A DNA stretch of 64,000 bases from Bacillota bacterium (GTDB lineage Bacteria > Bacillota > DTU025), in the NCBI GenBank assembly GCA_050951805.1, contig JBMNJT010000003.1, forward strand, positions 64,001 through 128,000, in the 5' to 3' direction. Below, in pieces: positions 20,587-30,246 of this stretch. Position 1 is the stretch's first letter. Each line of letters opens with the position of its first letter. A model generated the notes under the pieces. It was not told the origin of the DNA and did not search any database. It saw only the letters and a list, made by a program, of their open reading frames with translations. A program made the translations under genes and the position numbers.

Positions 20587-20709
20587 CCAACCATCTGGCG
20601 ATTGCCCGCTCTTCGCTGGACGAATCCCGCGTTGCGGCCTGGGAACCAGGCTCAGTCTTTAAAATGCGTCTGTAAGGCGGGGAGGCGCCATGTGGTGCGG
20701 GGACGATGG

Positions 20710-21753
20710 TTACCCGAGATATCTTGGATCGAAATATGTCTTGCCGAAAAACTCCGGAACAGGGTTATACTCCTTAACCATCAATTTGTAATCAAGCGGC
20801 ATCAGGCAGCGGCGCCTGAGCCACCGGAGCTCTTCCTCCTCGGCATCCACGGTGATGATTAGAAAGTCTACCCCGTGTTCCAAAGCTAAGTTGTTTGCCT
20901 TTGCGATCAGCGCCTGCGCCTCGCTGCGCTGGCCCGGACGTGTGATGATATCGTACACGTTCCAGATACGCAGCTTTTGGCTGAGCATGGGGATTTTGGG
21001 CAGAGGGACCAAATGGCTGGCTGCCCTGAGAACCGTGCCGAGAATCTCGAAGGGTCTAGGCATGGCGGAGACGCGGTAGGCGCAGTTGAGTGAAGAATCC
21101 CATATCTTCAGAGAAGAAGATCCACATTCCATCTTGGTCACTAGGTATTTGTCCAGCAGACCTTGCATGTAGCTGAAATCATCCATGATGGGCCAGAGCT
21201 GGTATGGACCGTCATAATGCTTCGCTGCAGCGAGATGCTCTTCCATTGCATCCACATGTGAAATCGTCTGGACCTCGCGGGAGACTCTAATTCGGCGGAA
21301 GACCGGAAATGTGAGGAAACGTTTCTCACCACGGGGCGTTGCTCCCATGCGTGTAGCAATGCTGTACGAGCGGGAGTTGTCCTCCTTTATCAGCCCGTAT
21401 ATGAACTCCGTTCCACACTGCAGAAGGCGGTCCTCAAGGCCCTTCCATATCAAGTACATCGCCCTGGACAGTCCCTTATTCGTCTCCGGGTTGGAGCGGA
21501 GGTCGAACATGTATGCGCCTATTCGCTCTCGTCCCCCTACGCGAACGGGCAGGACCGAGGCGGCCATAACGCCGTGCAGCTTGCCGGTGGTCTCGTTTTC
21601 GCCGACAAAAAGCAGCGTGTTTTCAAACTGTCTGGCCCTACTGAAAAAACTGTCCCGCTCTCCGATAAGGCGGATCTGATCTCCCTGCCCTGCCACTGAT
21701 TCAATGCCGAGGAGAACAGCATCGTCCTTGGGTTCAGCCGACCTGATGATCAT
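20710..21753 (-). CDS. Probable tandem-GNAT N-acetyl/acyltransferase
   Basis: IIRSA start, YMFDLRSNP...GL (motif A-like) and N..S motif B-like; length suggests a second GNAT-like half. RBS AGGAGG before ATG 21753. Confidence 0.7.
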   Translation of the reverse strand: MIIRSAEPKDDAVLLGIESVAGQGDQIRLIGERDSFFSRARQFENTLLFVGENETTGKLHGVMAASVLPVRVGGRERIGAYMFDLRSNPETNKGLSRAMYLIWKGLEDRLLQCGTEFIYGLIKEDNSRSYSIATRMGATPRGEKRFLTFPVFRRIRVSREVQTISHVDAMEEHLAAAKHYDGPYQLWPIMDDFSYMQGLLDKYLVTKMECGSSSLKIWDSSLNCAYRVSAMPRPFEILGTVLRAASHLVPLPKIPMLSQKLRIWNVYDIITRPGQRSEAQALIAKANNLALEHGVDFLIITVDAEEEELRWLRRRCLMPLDYKLMVKEYNPVPEFFGKTYFDPRYLG

Positions 21754-21861
21754 CGTGACCCCTCCTGAGATCGCAGACTTCGGTAATTTCAGGTTCGGAA
21801 CGAGTTGCGCCATGGCCACCAGGCCAAATCAAAGATTCCACCTTACCTCAAAGTCGTCGGA

Positions 21862-23076
21862 CTATCTGGCGAATGCCGCGTAGATCAATACGCCTACATA
21901 GAAGACGAAGAGCGCTACTCTCACGATCGGGGAAAAGGCGATGCCCACCTGGTACTCTGGTTCACGTTCTGAGCGTTTCCGCGCTTTTGCAAGAATGAAG
22001 ATGGGCAGCACTGCCAGTATAACGCCTCCCACTGAACCTGCAGTCTGAATCATATCAACGAAATCGAAGTTGCCTACAGAGGCTAGGACGACCGATGGCG
22101 TGATAGTGATTGCAAAAGCAGCCAAACGAGCCCCGATATCCCACTCGGATTTGAACCGGAAGATCTCTACGACATTTCCCAGCGCAGCACCGGCGCCTCC
22201 CCAAAAGGATGTGAGGAGCGCCAACAGGGCGAAGAGGTTCACTGCGAAGTATATGGCAGGACCGAGCGCCTGTCCCCACGAGATCGTTACGACCTCGGAA
22301 ATCTCGCCGGGGTCTTGAAGCCCGAAGATTGCCATGGGGAAGATGAGCAGAAACAGGAGGTTGATCCCGAGTCCCCACTTGATCGCGGTCGGCGCCGATC
22401 TGGGATCATGGGCTAAGCCGCGGACGATTTCGGGGACCAAAGACTGTGACATGGATGTGAATATACCCACAGGGAGCGCCGCCGCCAACGGCTTGGCGGA
22501 GAACCGTGCCAGGCGCGCAGGATCGAAGCTTGGATGCCTCATTGAGATGCCTGCGAATAGGAGCAGAACTGACATCATGGCGATGCTGGACACTCCTTGG
22601 GCCAAGCCTGCAGCCTCGAGGCCAAGCCATACCACGGCAGCGCCTGGGAGGAGGAACAGGAGATGCCCTGCCCACGCTGGGAGGGCAAGAAGGGACGAGA
22701 TGATTGCGCCGCCGCCGATCACATAGGCTGTGAGGGATGGTATGACCAATCCAATTGTCAGAGATGACACCAAAAGCAGATAGAGTTTGCCATGTCGGCT
22801 GTCGAACATGTAGGTTCGTACCAGACCAACAAGTTGGCCTGGGCTCTTCGTGCGGAGCATGATCTCTACAATGTACAAGTGAGAGATTGCAGAGAAGACA
22901 GTTGTTATGACCGCCACAGTCACAGCTCCAAGATAGCCAGATGCTCTTGCTGCATACGGCAAGGACAGAATCGCTGCCCCCACATTTCCGCCCACAAGCA
23001 TCATCACTGCTTCGACGAGGCTGAGTCTTTTTATGTGAAGGGCGCCCTGCTCGAAGCCTATGGCCATGCTCATCAC
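21862..23076 (-). CDS. Aromatic/hydroxy amino acid permease (HAAAP-like)
   Basis: GGNVGAAILSLPY N-terminal motif, LVPEI and ALLTSFWG; about 11 TM segments. Confidence 0.82.
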   Translation of the reverse strand: MMSMAIGFEQGALHIKRLSLVEAVMMLVGGNVGAAILSLPYAARASGYLGAVTVAVITTVFSAISHLYIVEIMLRTKSPGQLVGLVRTYMFDSRHGKLYLLLVSSLTIGLVIPSLTAYVIGGGAIISSLLALPAWAGHLLFLLPGAAVVWLGLEAAGLAQGVSSIAMMSVLLLFAGISMRHPSFDPARLARFSAKPLAAALPVGIFTSMSQSLVPEIVRGLAHDPRSAPTAIKWGLGINLLFLLIFPMAIFGLQDPGEISEVVTISWGQALGPAIYFAVNLFALLALLTSFWGGAGAALGNVVEIFRFKSEWDIGARLAAFAITITPSVVLASVGNFDFVDMIQTAGSVGGVILAVLPIFILAKARKRSEREPEYQVGIAFSPIVRVALFVFYVGVLIYAAFAR

Positions 23077-23247
23077 CTACGTTTTTCAGTTAGCCTCCTA
23101 AATTCCATATATTTTCTCATATTCCTGCTGTCAAATCGGAGGATTCTTCTTTAATATGTGCAACTCGCAACGCCGCTGCGGTTTCTATACTATGAGCGGC
23201 GATCGATGAATACTCTCTTATGAACAATTCAACGATTGGAGGGGTGT

Positions 23248-24243
23248 ATGGTGTCGCTCCCGTTTACAACTGGTGAGCGGTTCGGACTATTAGCTGCGCT
23301 CATTGTGGCGGCAGCGGCAGTTGTTGTGAGTCCGTGGGCCTGCGGAGCCCAGCAGCTTGCTTGCATACATGTCGCAGAGGCCTGTCTGACTGCCATTCCT
23401 TCTTTCCCGGGCATCTGTCATGCGTCAGTGCTTCTGCCTGAGACTGTGCGCAAGGAGTTCATGTTCGTTCAGGGAGGAAAGGTCTACTGTGTTGCGCTCG
23501 GAGGTTTGGAGGAGCCTGGTGATGCCGGCACGGAATCTGTGTCGATAATCCGTTTTGGACTGGGGGCTGAGCCCGAAAACATAGGCAAGATAGAAGGAAA
23601 CGCCATGTCTGTGTGGCTCCTCGGAGACATCAACAAAGACGGTTGCATGGAAATGCTGGTGCGAAGGTCCGAAGGGCATTTCGCGTACAAGACTTCCATC
23701 GTCTACATAGATCAGAAGGATCGCATGAGATCATTTGACATATCAGGATACACAGACAGCCAAGGCTCAACTGATCTCTTTCTGACCCCTGAATCCTTTG
23801 CTGATCTCGATGGCGACAGAATCCCGGAGATCGTAGCTACTGTGAGCCCCAAGGGGTTCCCATCTCTTCTGGGAGCTAAGCCTCCTCAGATCAGCCTTGT
23901 ATTCGAATTGAACGGGACGACCTATTCCCCAACCGGCCAGAGATTCGCGGAGATATATCGCTTCCTCGCAGCTCAAACCCGCTGCGAGCTTGCATCTTAT
24001 TGGGATTTCGAGGTCGTGGAGTATCCACAGAGCTACGTTAGGTCCTGTTGCGAGTTGCTGCTTTATCATGCTTTGGCTGGCGACGCAGATGTTGGGGCGG
24101 AAGAGTTTGACAAGGCAATTCGCATCCTGCAGGATGCGGGGGTAGAGATTACTGAAGACGACAACAGAGCACTGAAAGAGTTTGGGCGCGAGAGGGAAGC
24201 CATTGTACACGAAATCATGAGGGGGTTGTTAACCGGTCCATGA
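23248..24243 (+). CDS. Hypothetical exported protein with DxDxDG (FG-GAP/VCBS-like) loops
   Basis: N-terminal hydrophobic segment; GDINKDGCMEML and ADLDGDRIPEIV. Confidence 0.6.
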   Translation: MVSLPFTTGERFGLLAALIVAAAAVVVSPWACGAQQLACIHVAEACLTAIPSFPGICHASVLLPETVRKEFMFVQGGKVYCVALGGLEEPGDAGTESVSIIRFGLGAEPENIGKIEGNAMSVWLLGDINKDGCMEMLVRRSEGHFAYKTSIVYIDQKDRMRSFDISGYTDSQGSTDLFLTPESFADLDGDRIPEIVATVSPKGFPSLLGAKPPQISLVFELNGTTYSPTGQRFAEIYRFLAAQTRCELASYWDFEVVEYPQSYVRSCCELLLYHALAGDADVGAEEFDKAIRILQDAGVEITEDDNRALKEFGREREAIVHEIMRGLLTGP

Positions 24244-24411
24244 CATATCGGCGCTGTCTCAGTCTGCGGACCCTGTCTTTGCTGCAGGGACCGATCTGGC
24301 GACCTCAATTCGATGTCGGACAGGCGTGGGTTCAAAAGGTTTGACAACCGCAAGTTGGACCAGGACATATAGAAGAAGACAATGATATTCGATATCTTAT
24401 GCAAAAACTTG

Positions 24412-24440
24412 TTGACAAAGCGATTGTGAAGCATTACACT
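24412..24440 (+). promoter_or_regulatory. Sigma-70/SigA promoter of glycine reductase operon
   Basis: TTGACA-17 bp-TACACT just upstream of the glycine riboswitch. Confidence 0.8.
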
Positions 24441-24441
24441 A
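24424..24441. promoter_or_regulatory. Candidate Rex operator overlapping the -10 element
   Basis: TTGTGAA-GCAT-TACACTA versus Rex consensus TTGTGAA-N4-TTCACAA (2 mismatches). Confidence 0.55.
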
Positions 24442-24471
24442 ACTGTGATGGAATAGCGTCGCCGAAGGAAC

Positions 24472-24660
24472 GCTGCGGGAGAGCCTCACAGTAAGCATGA
24501 GATGATCGGCTTGCAGGTGAGCGCCGAAGGAGCAAAGGCACTGCACATTGCCGTGGTGGTTGCCCAAAACTTTCAGGCAAAAGGACCGTAGCTGGACGGC
24601 ATCTCTGGAGAGGCGCATACCGCACCGAAGGAGTAAATCTCTCAGGTTTTATGACAGAGA
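24472..24660 (+). ncRNA. Tandem glycine riboswitch
   Basis: Aptamer 1: GCGGGAGAG...CGCCGAAGGAGCAA...AAACTTTCAGGCAAAAGGACCGT. Aptamer 2: CTCTGGAGAG...CACCGAAGGAGTAA...CTCTCAGG...GACAGAG. Confidence 0.95.
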
Positions 24661-24707
24661 CGACGGCAGGATTGTTTTGCCATGTCGGTTCTCTGTCTTT
24701 TCTTTTT
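24653..24707 (+). terminator. Riboswitch expression-platform terminator
   Basis: GACAGAGA...TCTCTGTC stem followed by TTTTCTTTTT. The 5' arm is shared with aptamer-2 P1, consistent with ON-switch logic. Confidence 0.82.
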
Positions 24708-24763
24708 GCTGCGTTTGCTAAGACTATCGAATATGGCATTGGATTTTCGGGAGGACGGCGACG

Positions 24764-25198
24764 ATGGATTCTCGTACATACCGCGTGATCACGAATAACC
24801 CGCTTGTTGCCGCTACATGGCCTGGCTCAGTCGAATGGGTGTCGGGAAGCGTCAAGGACGTTTTCCGCTGCGTGCGCGACTATGTCCATGCTGGCCATGT
24901 TCTTCTCACACATCCTCTGTCTGGAAGCGTGAAGCCGAACGAGAGCCCATACAAATCCGTCATCATCACTGATTATCCTGCTTCAGCAATGGTGGATTTG
25001 GATTCGCTGCGGATAATTGAGGGCGCCATGGTTGTTCTGCATAACCTTGGGGCACCCAGATTCACACATATTCCGCCGCGCGTAGACGATGATTACCAGT
25101 TGATCGACTGCGATCTCATGGCGAGCGCGATAGAGAGCCTGCATGACGCGGCGTGGAATGGCCCAGTTGAGGGTTGCAAGACCGAGGCTTTTCAGTAG
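24764..25198 (+). CDS. grdX: GrdX family protein
   Basis: ITNNPLV and LLTHPLSGSVKPNESPYKS; first gene of the grd operon. Confidence 0.92.
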   Translation: MDSRTYRVITNNPLVAATWPGSVEWVSGSVKDVFRCVRDYVHAGHVLLTHPLSGSVKPNESPYKSVIITDYPASAMVDLDSLRIIEGAMVVLHNLGAPRFTHIPPRVDDDYQLIDCDLMASAIESLHDAAWNGPVEGCKTEAFQ

Positions 25199-25231
25199 AG
25201 CTAGTTCGAGGCAAGGAAGGAGCGTCTAACC

Positions 25232-26476
25232 ATGGCGGCCGAAGATATGAAGACATATGACGTGATTATCGTAGGCGGGGGCCCTGCAGGCTTGTCCGCT
25301 GCCCTGTATGCATCGCGATCTAAGCTTTCTACACTGGTGTTGGAGAAGGCGAAGCCCGGCGGGCAAGCCGGTACCACAGAATGGCTGGAGAACTATCCAG
25401 GGTTTCCGGGAGGCGTTAAAGGTCCTGAGCTGATGGAGCATTTTGCAGCTCAGGCCAGGGAATTCGGCGCAGAGATCATAAAGGACGACGTCGCATCAGT
25501 CGACTTTTCGGGAGAAAAGAAGCTAGTCTGCACTGCCGGGGGAGGTCAGTACTCGGCCAGTGCTGTAATACTTTGCCCTGGTGCTGAGCCCCGCACCCTT
25601 GGGCTTCCTGGCGAACGGGAGCTTCGAGGCAAGGGCGTGTCTTATTGCGCAACATGCGATGGAGACTTCTTCACCGATCTTGACATCGTAGTGATCGGGA
25701 ATGGAGATGCTGCTGTTGAAGAGGCGATGTACCTTACAAGGTTCGCCGAATCCGTTACTATGATCGTTGTTCACGACGAGGGCATCCTCGATGCCACTGC
25801 GGTCATCCGTGATCGCGCTTTCAAGAATCCCAAGATGAAATGGGTATGGAACTCTGTCGTTGACGAAATACGTGGCGACGGGATAGTGGAGTCGGTCATC
25901 ATAAGGAACCTAAAGACCAATGAACGGACTGAGCTTGAAACCAACGGCGTCTTCGTCTTCGTGGGAACAGTTCCAAACACCCAGTTTTTGTCTGGAGCGG
26001 TGGAGATGGATAAGCGGGGCTACATAATCGCCAACGAACAGATGGAGACTTCGGTAGACGGGGTTTACTGCGCCGGGGATGCCAGGGTTAAGTATCTCAG
26101 GCAGGTGATTACGGCGGCTGCTGACGGCGCAATTGCCGCGGTGGCTGCTGAAAAATACATCCATGAGGAAGAGGGCTTCCGTGAGATGGTGCTGGCGCCA
26201 GCGTCCCCAGTCATGGTCTGCTTCTGGAGCCCCACATCCCAGGAATCACTCGATTTTATGCCCGCTGTGGAGAGAATCGCCGAGGCGCGCGCGGGTTCGC
26301 TCAACCTGGTCAAAATAGACATATACAAGAACCAGCGCATTGCCGGCAGGTACGAGATATCGGCTGCCCCTTCGATACTCTTCTTCAATAAAGGACAGGT
26401 TTGCGAGCGGGTGCAGTGGCCCACAACCGAAGAGGAACTCACGCTGGTAGCTGACAGGGTAATCTCCGGCAAGTGA
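25232..26476 (+). CDS. trxB: Thioredoxin-disulfide reductase with C-terminal thioredoxin-like domain
   Basis: GGGPAG, YCATCDG and AGD motifs, plus an extra 100-aa Trx-fold tail. Confidence 0.93.
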   Translation: MAAEDMKTYDVIIVGGGPAGLSAALYASRSKLSTLVLEKAKPGGQAGTTEWLENYPGFPGGVKGPELMEHFAAQAREFGAEIIKDDVASVDFSGEKKLVCTAGGGQYSASAVILCPGAEPRTLGLPGERELRGKGVSYCATCDGDFFTDLDIVVIGNGDAAVEEAMYLTRFAESVTMIVVHDEGILDATAVIRDRAFKNPKMKWVWNSVVDEIRGDGIVESVIIRNLKTNERTELETNGVFVFVGTVPNTQFLSGAVEMDKRGYIIANEQMETSVDGVYCAGDARVKYLRQVITAAADGAIAAVAAEKYIHEEEGFREMVLAPASPVMVCFWSPTSQESLDFMPAVERIAEARAGSLNLVKIDIYKNQRIAGRYEISAAPSILFFNKGQVCERVQWPTTEEELTLVADRVISGK

Positions 26477-26543
26477 GGTTGAGCAGACGGCTTTCGACGG
26501 TTGACTATCGGGCCCACTTAGCAGATTAAGGAGGTGAACAAGG

Positions 26544-26864
26544 ATGGTCCAAGTAGACAAGGTAAACTTCGAGGAAGAGGTCTTGCAGGCAAAAGGCCCA
26601 GTTTTGGTCGATTTCTGGAGCACCAAGTGTGAGCCGTGTATGGCACTTCTGCCTGATGTGGAGGCACTTGAAGCCAAATACGGAGATCAGATCAAATTCT
26701 GCAAACTCAACGTGCTTGAAAACAGGCGTCTGGCTATAAGCCAGAAGGTTCTCGGCCTTCCGACCATATGCATCTACAAGGATGGCGAGAAGGTGGCAGA
26801 GCTGACTAAGGATGATGCGACTGCTGCCAACATAGAGGCGATGATTAAGGAGCAGATTCAGTAG
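26544..26864 (+). CDS. trxA: Thioredoxin (glycine reductase-associated type)
   Basis: FWSTKCEPC and NRRLAISQKVLGLPT. Confidence 0.93.
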   Translation: MVQVDKVNFEEEVLQAKGPVLVDFWSTKCEPCMALLPDVEALEAKYGDQIKFCKLNVLENRRLAISQKVLGLPTICIYKDGEKVAELTKDDATAANIEAMIKEQIQ

Positions 26865-26891
26865 CAGAGTCCTGCTCTGGAGGTGAAGTAA

Positions 26892-28178
26892 ATGCGGTTG
26901 GAACTTGGCAGAATACGCATTAAGGACGTGCAGTTCGGCCCTGCAACCAAAGTAGAGGACGGCGTACTCTACGTGGATCGAGCGGCTATCGAAGCGATCG
27001 TCCGCGAGGACGAGAGGATCGCCGATGTCACTGTGGAGCTCGCGAAGCCCGGGGAAGAGGTAAGGATCATCCCTGTGAAGGACGTCATCGAGCCTCGGGT
27101 CAAGGTGGAAGGCGCGGGCGGCGTGTTCCCCGGAATGGTCAGCAAGGTTGAGACTGTCGGCGACGGGCGCACTCATGTTCTTTCGGGAGCCGCTGTCGTG
27201 ACCTGTGGCAAAGTCGTCGGCTTCCAAGAGGGGATCATCGACATGACTGGTCCGGGCGCCGACTACACTCCGTTCTCAAAACTGAACAACGTGGTTGTAG
27301 TCTGCGAACCCATCGCCGGCCTGCCGCAGCACGAGCACGAGGTAGCCATAAGGATGGCCGGCCTCAAGGTAGCGGCCTATCTGGGCGAGGCAGGGCGCGA
27401 TATTGAGCCCGACGAGGTCGATGTCTACGAGTGCTTGCCCCTGTTGGAGCAGGTCAATGCCTATCCCGATCTGCCCAAGGTAGTATACGTTTACATGCTG
27501 CAGAGCCAGGGGTTGTTGCATGACACCTACGTATATGGAGTAGACGCCAAGAAGATTCTGCCCACGCTCATCTACCCGACTGAGGTGATGGATGGGGCGA
27601 TCGTGTCGGGGAACTGTGTGTCGGCGTGTGACAAGAACACTACTTACCACCATCAGAACTCGCCGGTCATACACGACCTCCTAGCACGCCACGGGCGCGA
27701 TATCAACTTCATCGGCGTCGTGATCACCAACGAGAACGTCACCTTGGCCGACAAGGAGCGCTCCTCCAACTTCGCTTCGAAGCTAGTGGAGATGCTCGGG
27801 GCTGAAGGCGCCGTAGTATCGGAGGAAGGATTCGGGAATCCCGATGCCGACCTCATCATGAACTGCGTTAAGCTGGAGAAGAAGGGGATCAAGACGGTCC
27901 TCGTTACCGACGAGTACGCCGGCAGGGACGGCGCGTCGCAGTCTCTTGCAGACGCTAACCCTCTGGCAAACGCAGTGGTAACGGCCGGCAACGCCAACGA
28001 AGTGGTCAACCTTCCGCCTATGAAGAAGGTAATCGGACATCCGGAGGCGGCCAATATCATCGCAGGGGGTTGGGACGGTTCGCTCGCGTCGGACGGCTCG
28101 ATCACTGCGGAACTCCAGGTTATAACTGGAGCCACCAACGAACTGGGATTCAACAAACTCTCAGCTAGAGAGGCGTGA
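26892..28178 (+). CDS. grdE: Glycine reductase component B proprotein (alpha/beta subunits)
   Basis: PVKDVIEPR, GFQEGIIDM, SGNCVSACDK and EEGFGNPDAD. Confidence 0.92.
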   Translation: MRLELGRIRIKDVQFGPATKVEDGVLYVDRAAIEAIVREDERIADVTVELAKPGEEVRIIPVKDVIEPRVKVEGAGGVFPGMVSKVETVGDGRTHVLSGAAVVTCGKVVGFQEGIIDMTGPGADYTPFSKLNNVVVVCEPIAGLPQHEHEVAIRMAGLKVAAYLGEAGRDIEPDEVDVYECLPLLEQVNAYPDLPKVVYVYMLQSQGLLHDTYVYGVDAKKILPTLIYPTEVMDGAIVSGNCVSACDKNTTYHHQNSPVIHDLLARHGRDINFIGVVITNENVTLADKERSSNFASKLVEMLGAEGAVVSEEGFGNPDADLIMNCVKLEKKGIKTVLVTDEYAGRDGASQSLADANPLANAVVTAGNANEVVNLPPMKKVIGHPEAANIIAGGWDGSLASDGSITAELQVITGATNELGFNKLSAREA

Positions 28179-28256
28179 GTTTGCCGTAGGGCGTCACGGC
28201 TTTGCTGAGCTGAGACTGCTAAATTCAACTAAGAAGCTGGGAAAGGAGATGCCGCA

Positions 28257-28724
28257 ATGATTCTCGACGGCAAAAAAGTTGTCGCTCTGGGCGACCGCGA
28301 TGGTATCCCAGGCGGCGCCATTGAAGAATGCGTCAAGACGGCCGGCGGCGAAGTTGTCTTCTCTGTAAGCGAGTGCTTTGTCTGAACGGCTGCCGGCGCC
28401 ATGGACATTGAAAACCAGAGGAGAGTAAAGGAACTGGCCGAGAAGTACGGCGCAGAGAACCTTGTAGTAATCCTCGGGGGAGCGGAGGCTGAGGCTTCGG
28501 GGCTCACAGCAGAGACTGTGACCGCCGGTGACCCCACCTACGCAGGTCCTTTGGCGGGAGTCCAGTTGGGACTGAGTGTTTGGCACATAGTGGAAGACGA
28601 GATAAAGGCGGAAATAGATCCTGAGGTGTATGACGAACAGGTTGGAATGATGGAAATGGTCCTGGACGTCGATGCCATCAAAGAAGAGGTTAGCTCTATA
28701 CGCAAGCAGTACAGCAAGTACTGA
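28257..28724 (+). CDS. grdA: Glycine reductase selenoprotein A (in-frame UGA = Sec at 28383-28385)
   Basis: AAGGAG RBS and ATG 28257; GDRDGIPG...ECFV-U-TAAGAMD continues in frame with the 28401 ORF. Confidence 0.95.
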
Positions 28725-28820
28725 TCCAGGGCCTGCTGCCGCAATCGGCGGCAGCGAGTCGGGAACTGACTGATGCTTACAGCGGGTTGAGCTAAACCCT
28801 CTTGTGAGGAGGGAAGCGGA

Positions 28821-30134
28821 ATGACCAAGAAGATGCGGGTAGTCCACTATCTAAACCAGTTTTTCGGACAGATAGGCGGCGAAGACAAAGCAGGAATAGC
28901 TCCCTTCGATAAGCCAGGCCATGTGGGTCCTGGCATGGCGTTGGCCGCTGCCTTTGGGGATGAGGCTGAGATCGTCGGGACAGTTATATGTGGCGACACC
29001 TATTTCGGCGAGAACATGGAAAAGGCGACCGAAGAGGTAGTTGCCCTCATAGAGAAATACAAGCCGGATCTGCTCGTGGCTGGGCCAGCCTTCAATGCGG
29101 GACGATACGGAACCGCTTGCGGCGCTGTGTGCGCGGCGGTGGCGGAGAAGTTCGGAATCCCGGTTGTGACTGGGATGTATCCTGAAAACCCTGGAGTGGA
29201 CATGTTCCGCAAGAATGCTTACATCATCGAGACCGGCGACAGTGCCGCTGGCATGCGCAAGGCTGTGCCGCAAATGGCAAAGCTTGCACTCAAATTGGCA
29301 AAAGGGGAGCCCACGGATCCTGCAACCGATGGCTATCTTTCCCGCGGGATCCGGGAGAACTACTTTGCCGAGAAGCGCGGCTCTGAGCGTGCAGTCGAGA
29401 TGCTGGTGAAGAAGCTCTCAGACAAGGACTTTGTCACGGAGTACCCTATGCCCGAGTTCGATCGTGTGGAACCCAATCCCCCCATTGCTGACATATCAAA
29501 GGCTACAATAGCCTTGGTCACCAGCGGAGGAATCGTTCCAAAGGGCAACCCTGACCACATTGAGTCCTCTTCGGCGTCGAAGTTCGGCAAGTACGATCTT
29601 GAGGGCGTCGAAGCCTTGACGAGTGAGACCCATGAGACTGCGCATGGGGGATACGACCCAGTCTATGCTAATGCAGATCCCAACCGGGTGCTGCCTGTAG
29701 ACGTCATGCGCGATCTGGAGAGGGAAGGGGTCATCGGCAAGCTGCACCGGTATTTCTATACGACTGTGGGCAATGGTACCTCAGTTGCGAACGCGAAGAA
29801 GTACGCGGCGGCCATCGCCAAGGAATTGGTTGAGGCGGGCGTCAATGGCGTCATCCTCACCAGCACCTGAGGGACTTGTACACGTTGCGGTGCAACGATG
29901 GTGAAAGAAATAGAGCGTGCGGGGCTTCCAGTTGTGCATATGTGCACCGTTGTCCCGATTTCTCTTACGGTAGGTGCGAACCGGATCGTACCCACGGTGG
30001 CGATCCCTCACCCACTGGGCAATCCGGCGATGGGCCACGACGAAGAGAAGCAACTGCGCCGCCGTCTGGTGGAGCGTGCGCTCACAGCTATGACGACAGA
30101 GGTGGAAGGGCAGACAGTCTTCGAAGAAAAGTAG
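28821..30134 (+). CDS. grdB: Glycine reductase selenoprotein B (in-frame UGA = Sec at 29868-29870)
   Basis: YLNQFFGQIGGE...LTST-U-GTCTRCGATM joins the 28821 and 29898 ORFs in one frame. Glycine specificity inferred from the riboswitch. Confidence 0.93.
29871..29900 (+). promoter_or_regulatory. Candidate bacterial SECIS element of grdB
   Basis: Perfect hairpin CGTTGC-GGT-GCAACG (29883-29897), 12 nt after UGA, with a G-initiated apical loop. Confidence 0.7.
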
Positions 30135-30246
30135 GGATTGAACTGTCCATTTTGCGTTGTGCGGCCTCGGCGCGTCATAATGGTCCGCCGGGGCCGCATG
30201 GCCCGACAACAACGAACTACTCTTGATTTTGCAAGGAGGGGCCTGG

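Noticed and set aside
29876-30226. 116-aa ORF after the apparent grdB stop
   Set aside because: Wrong frame; the grdB C-terminus continues through the Sec UGA in the 29898 frame.
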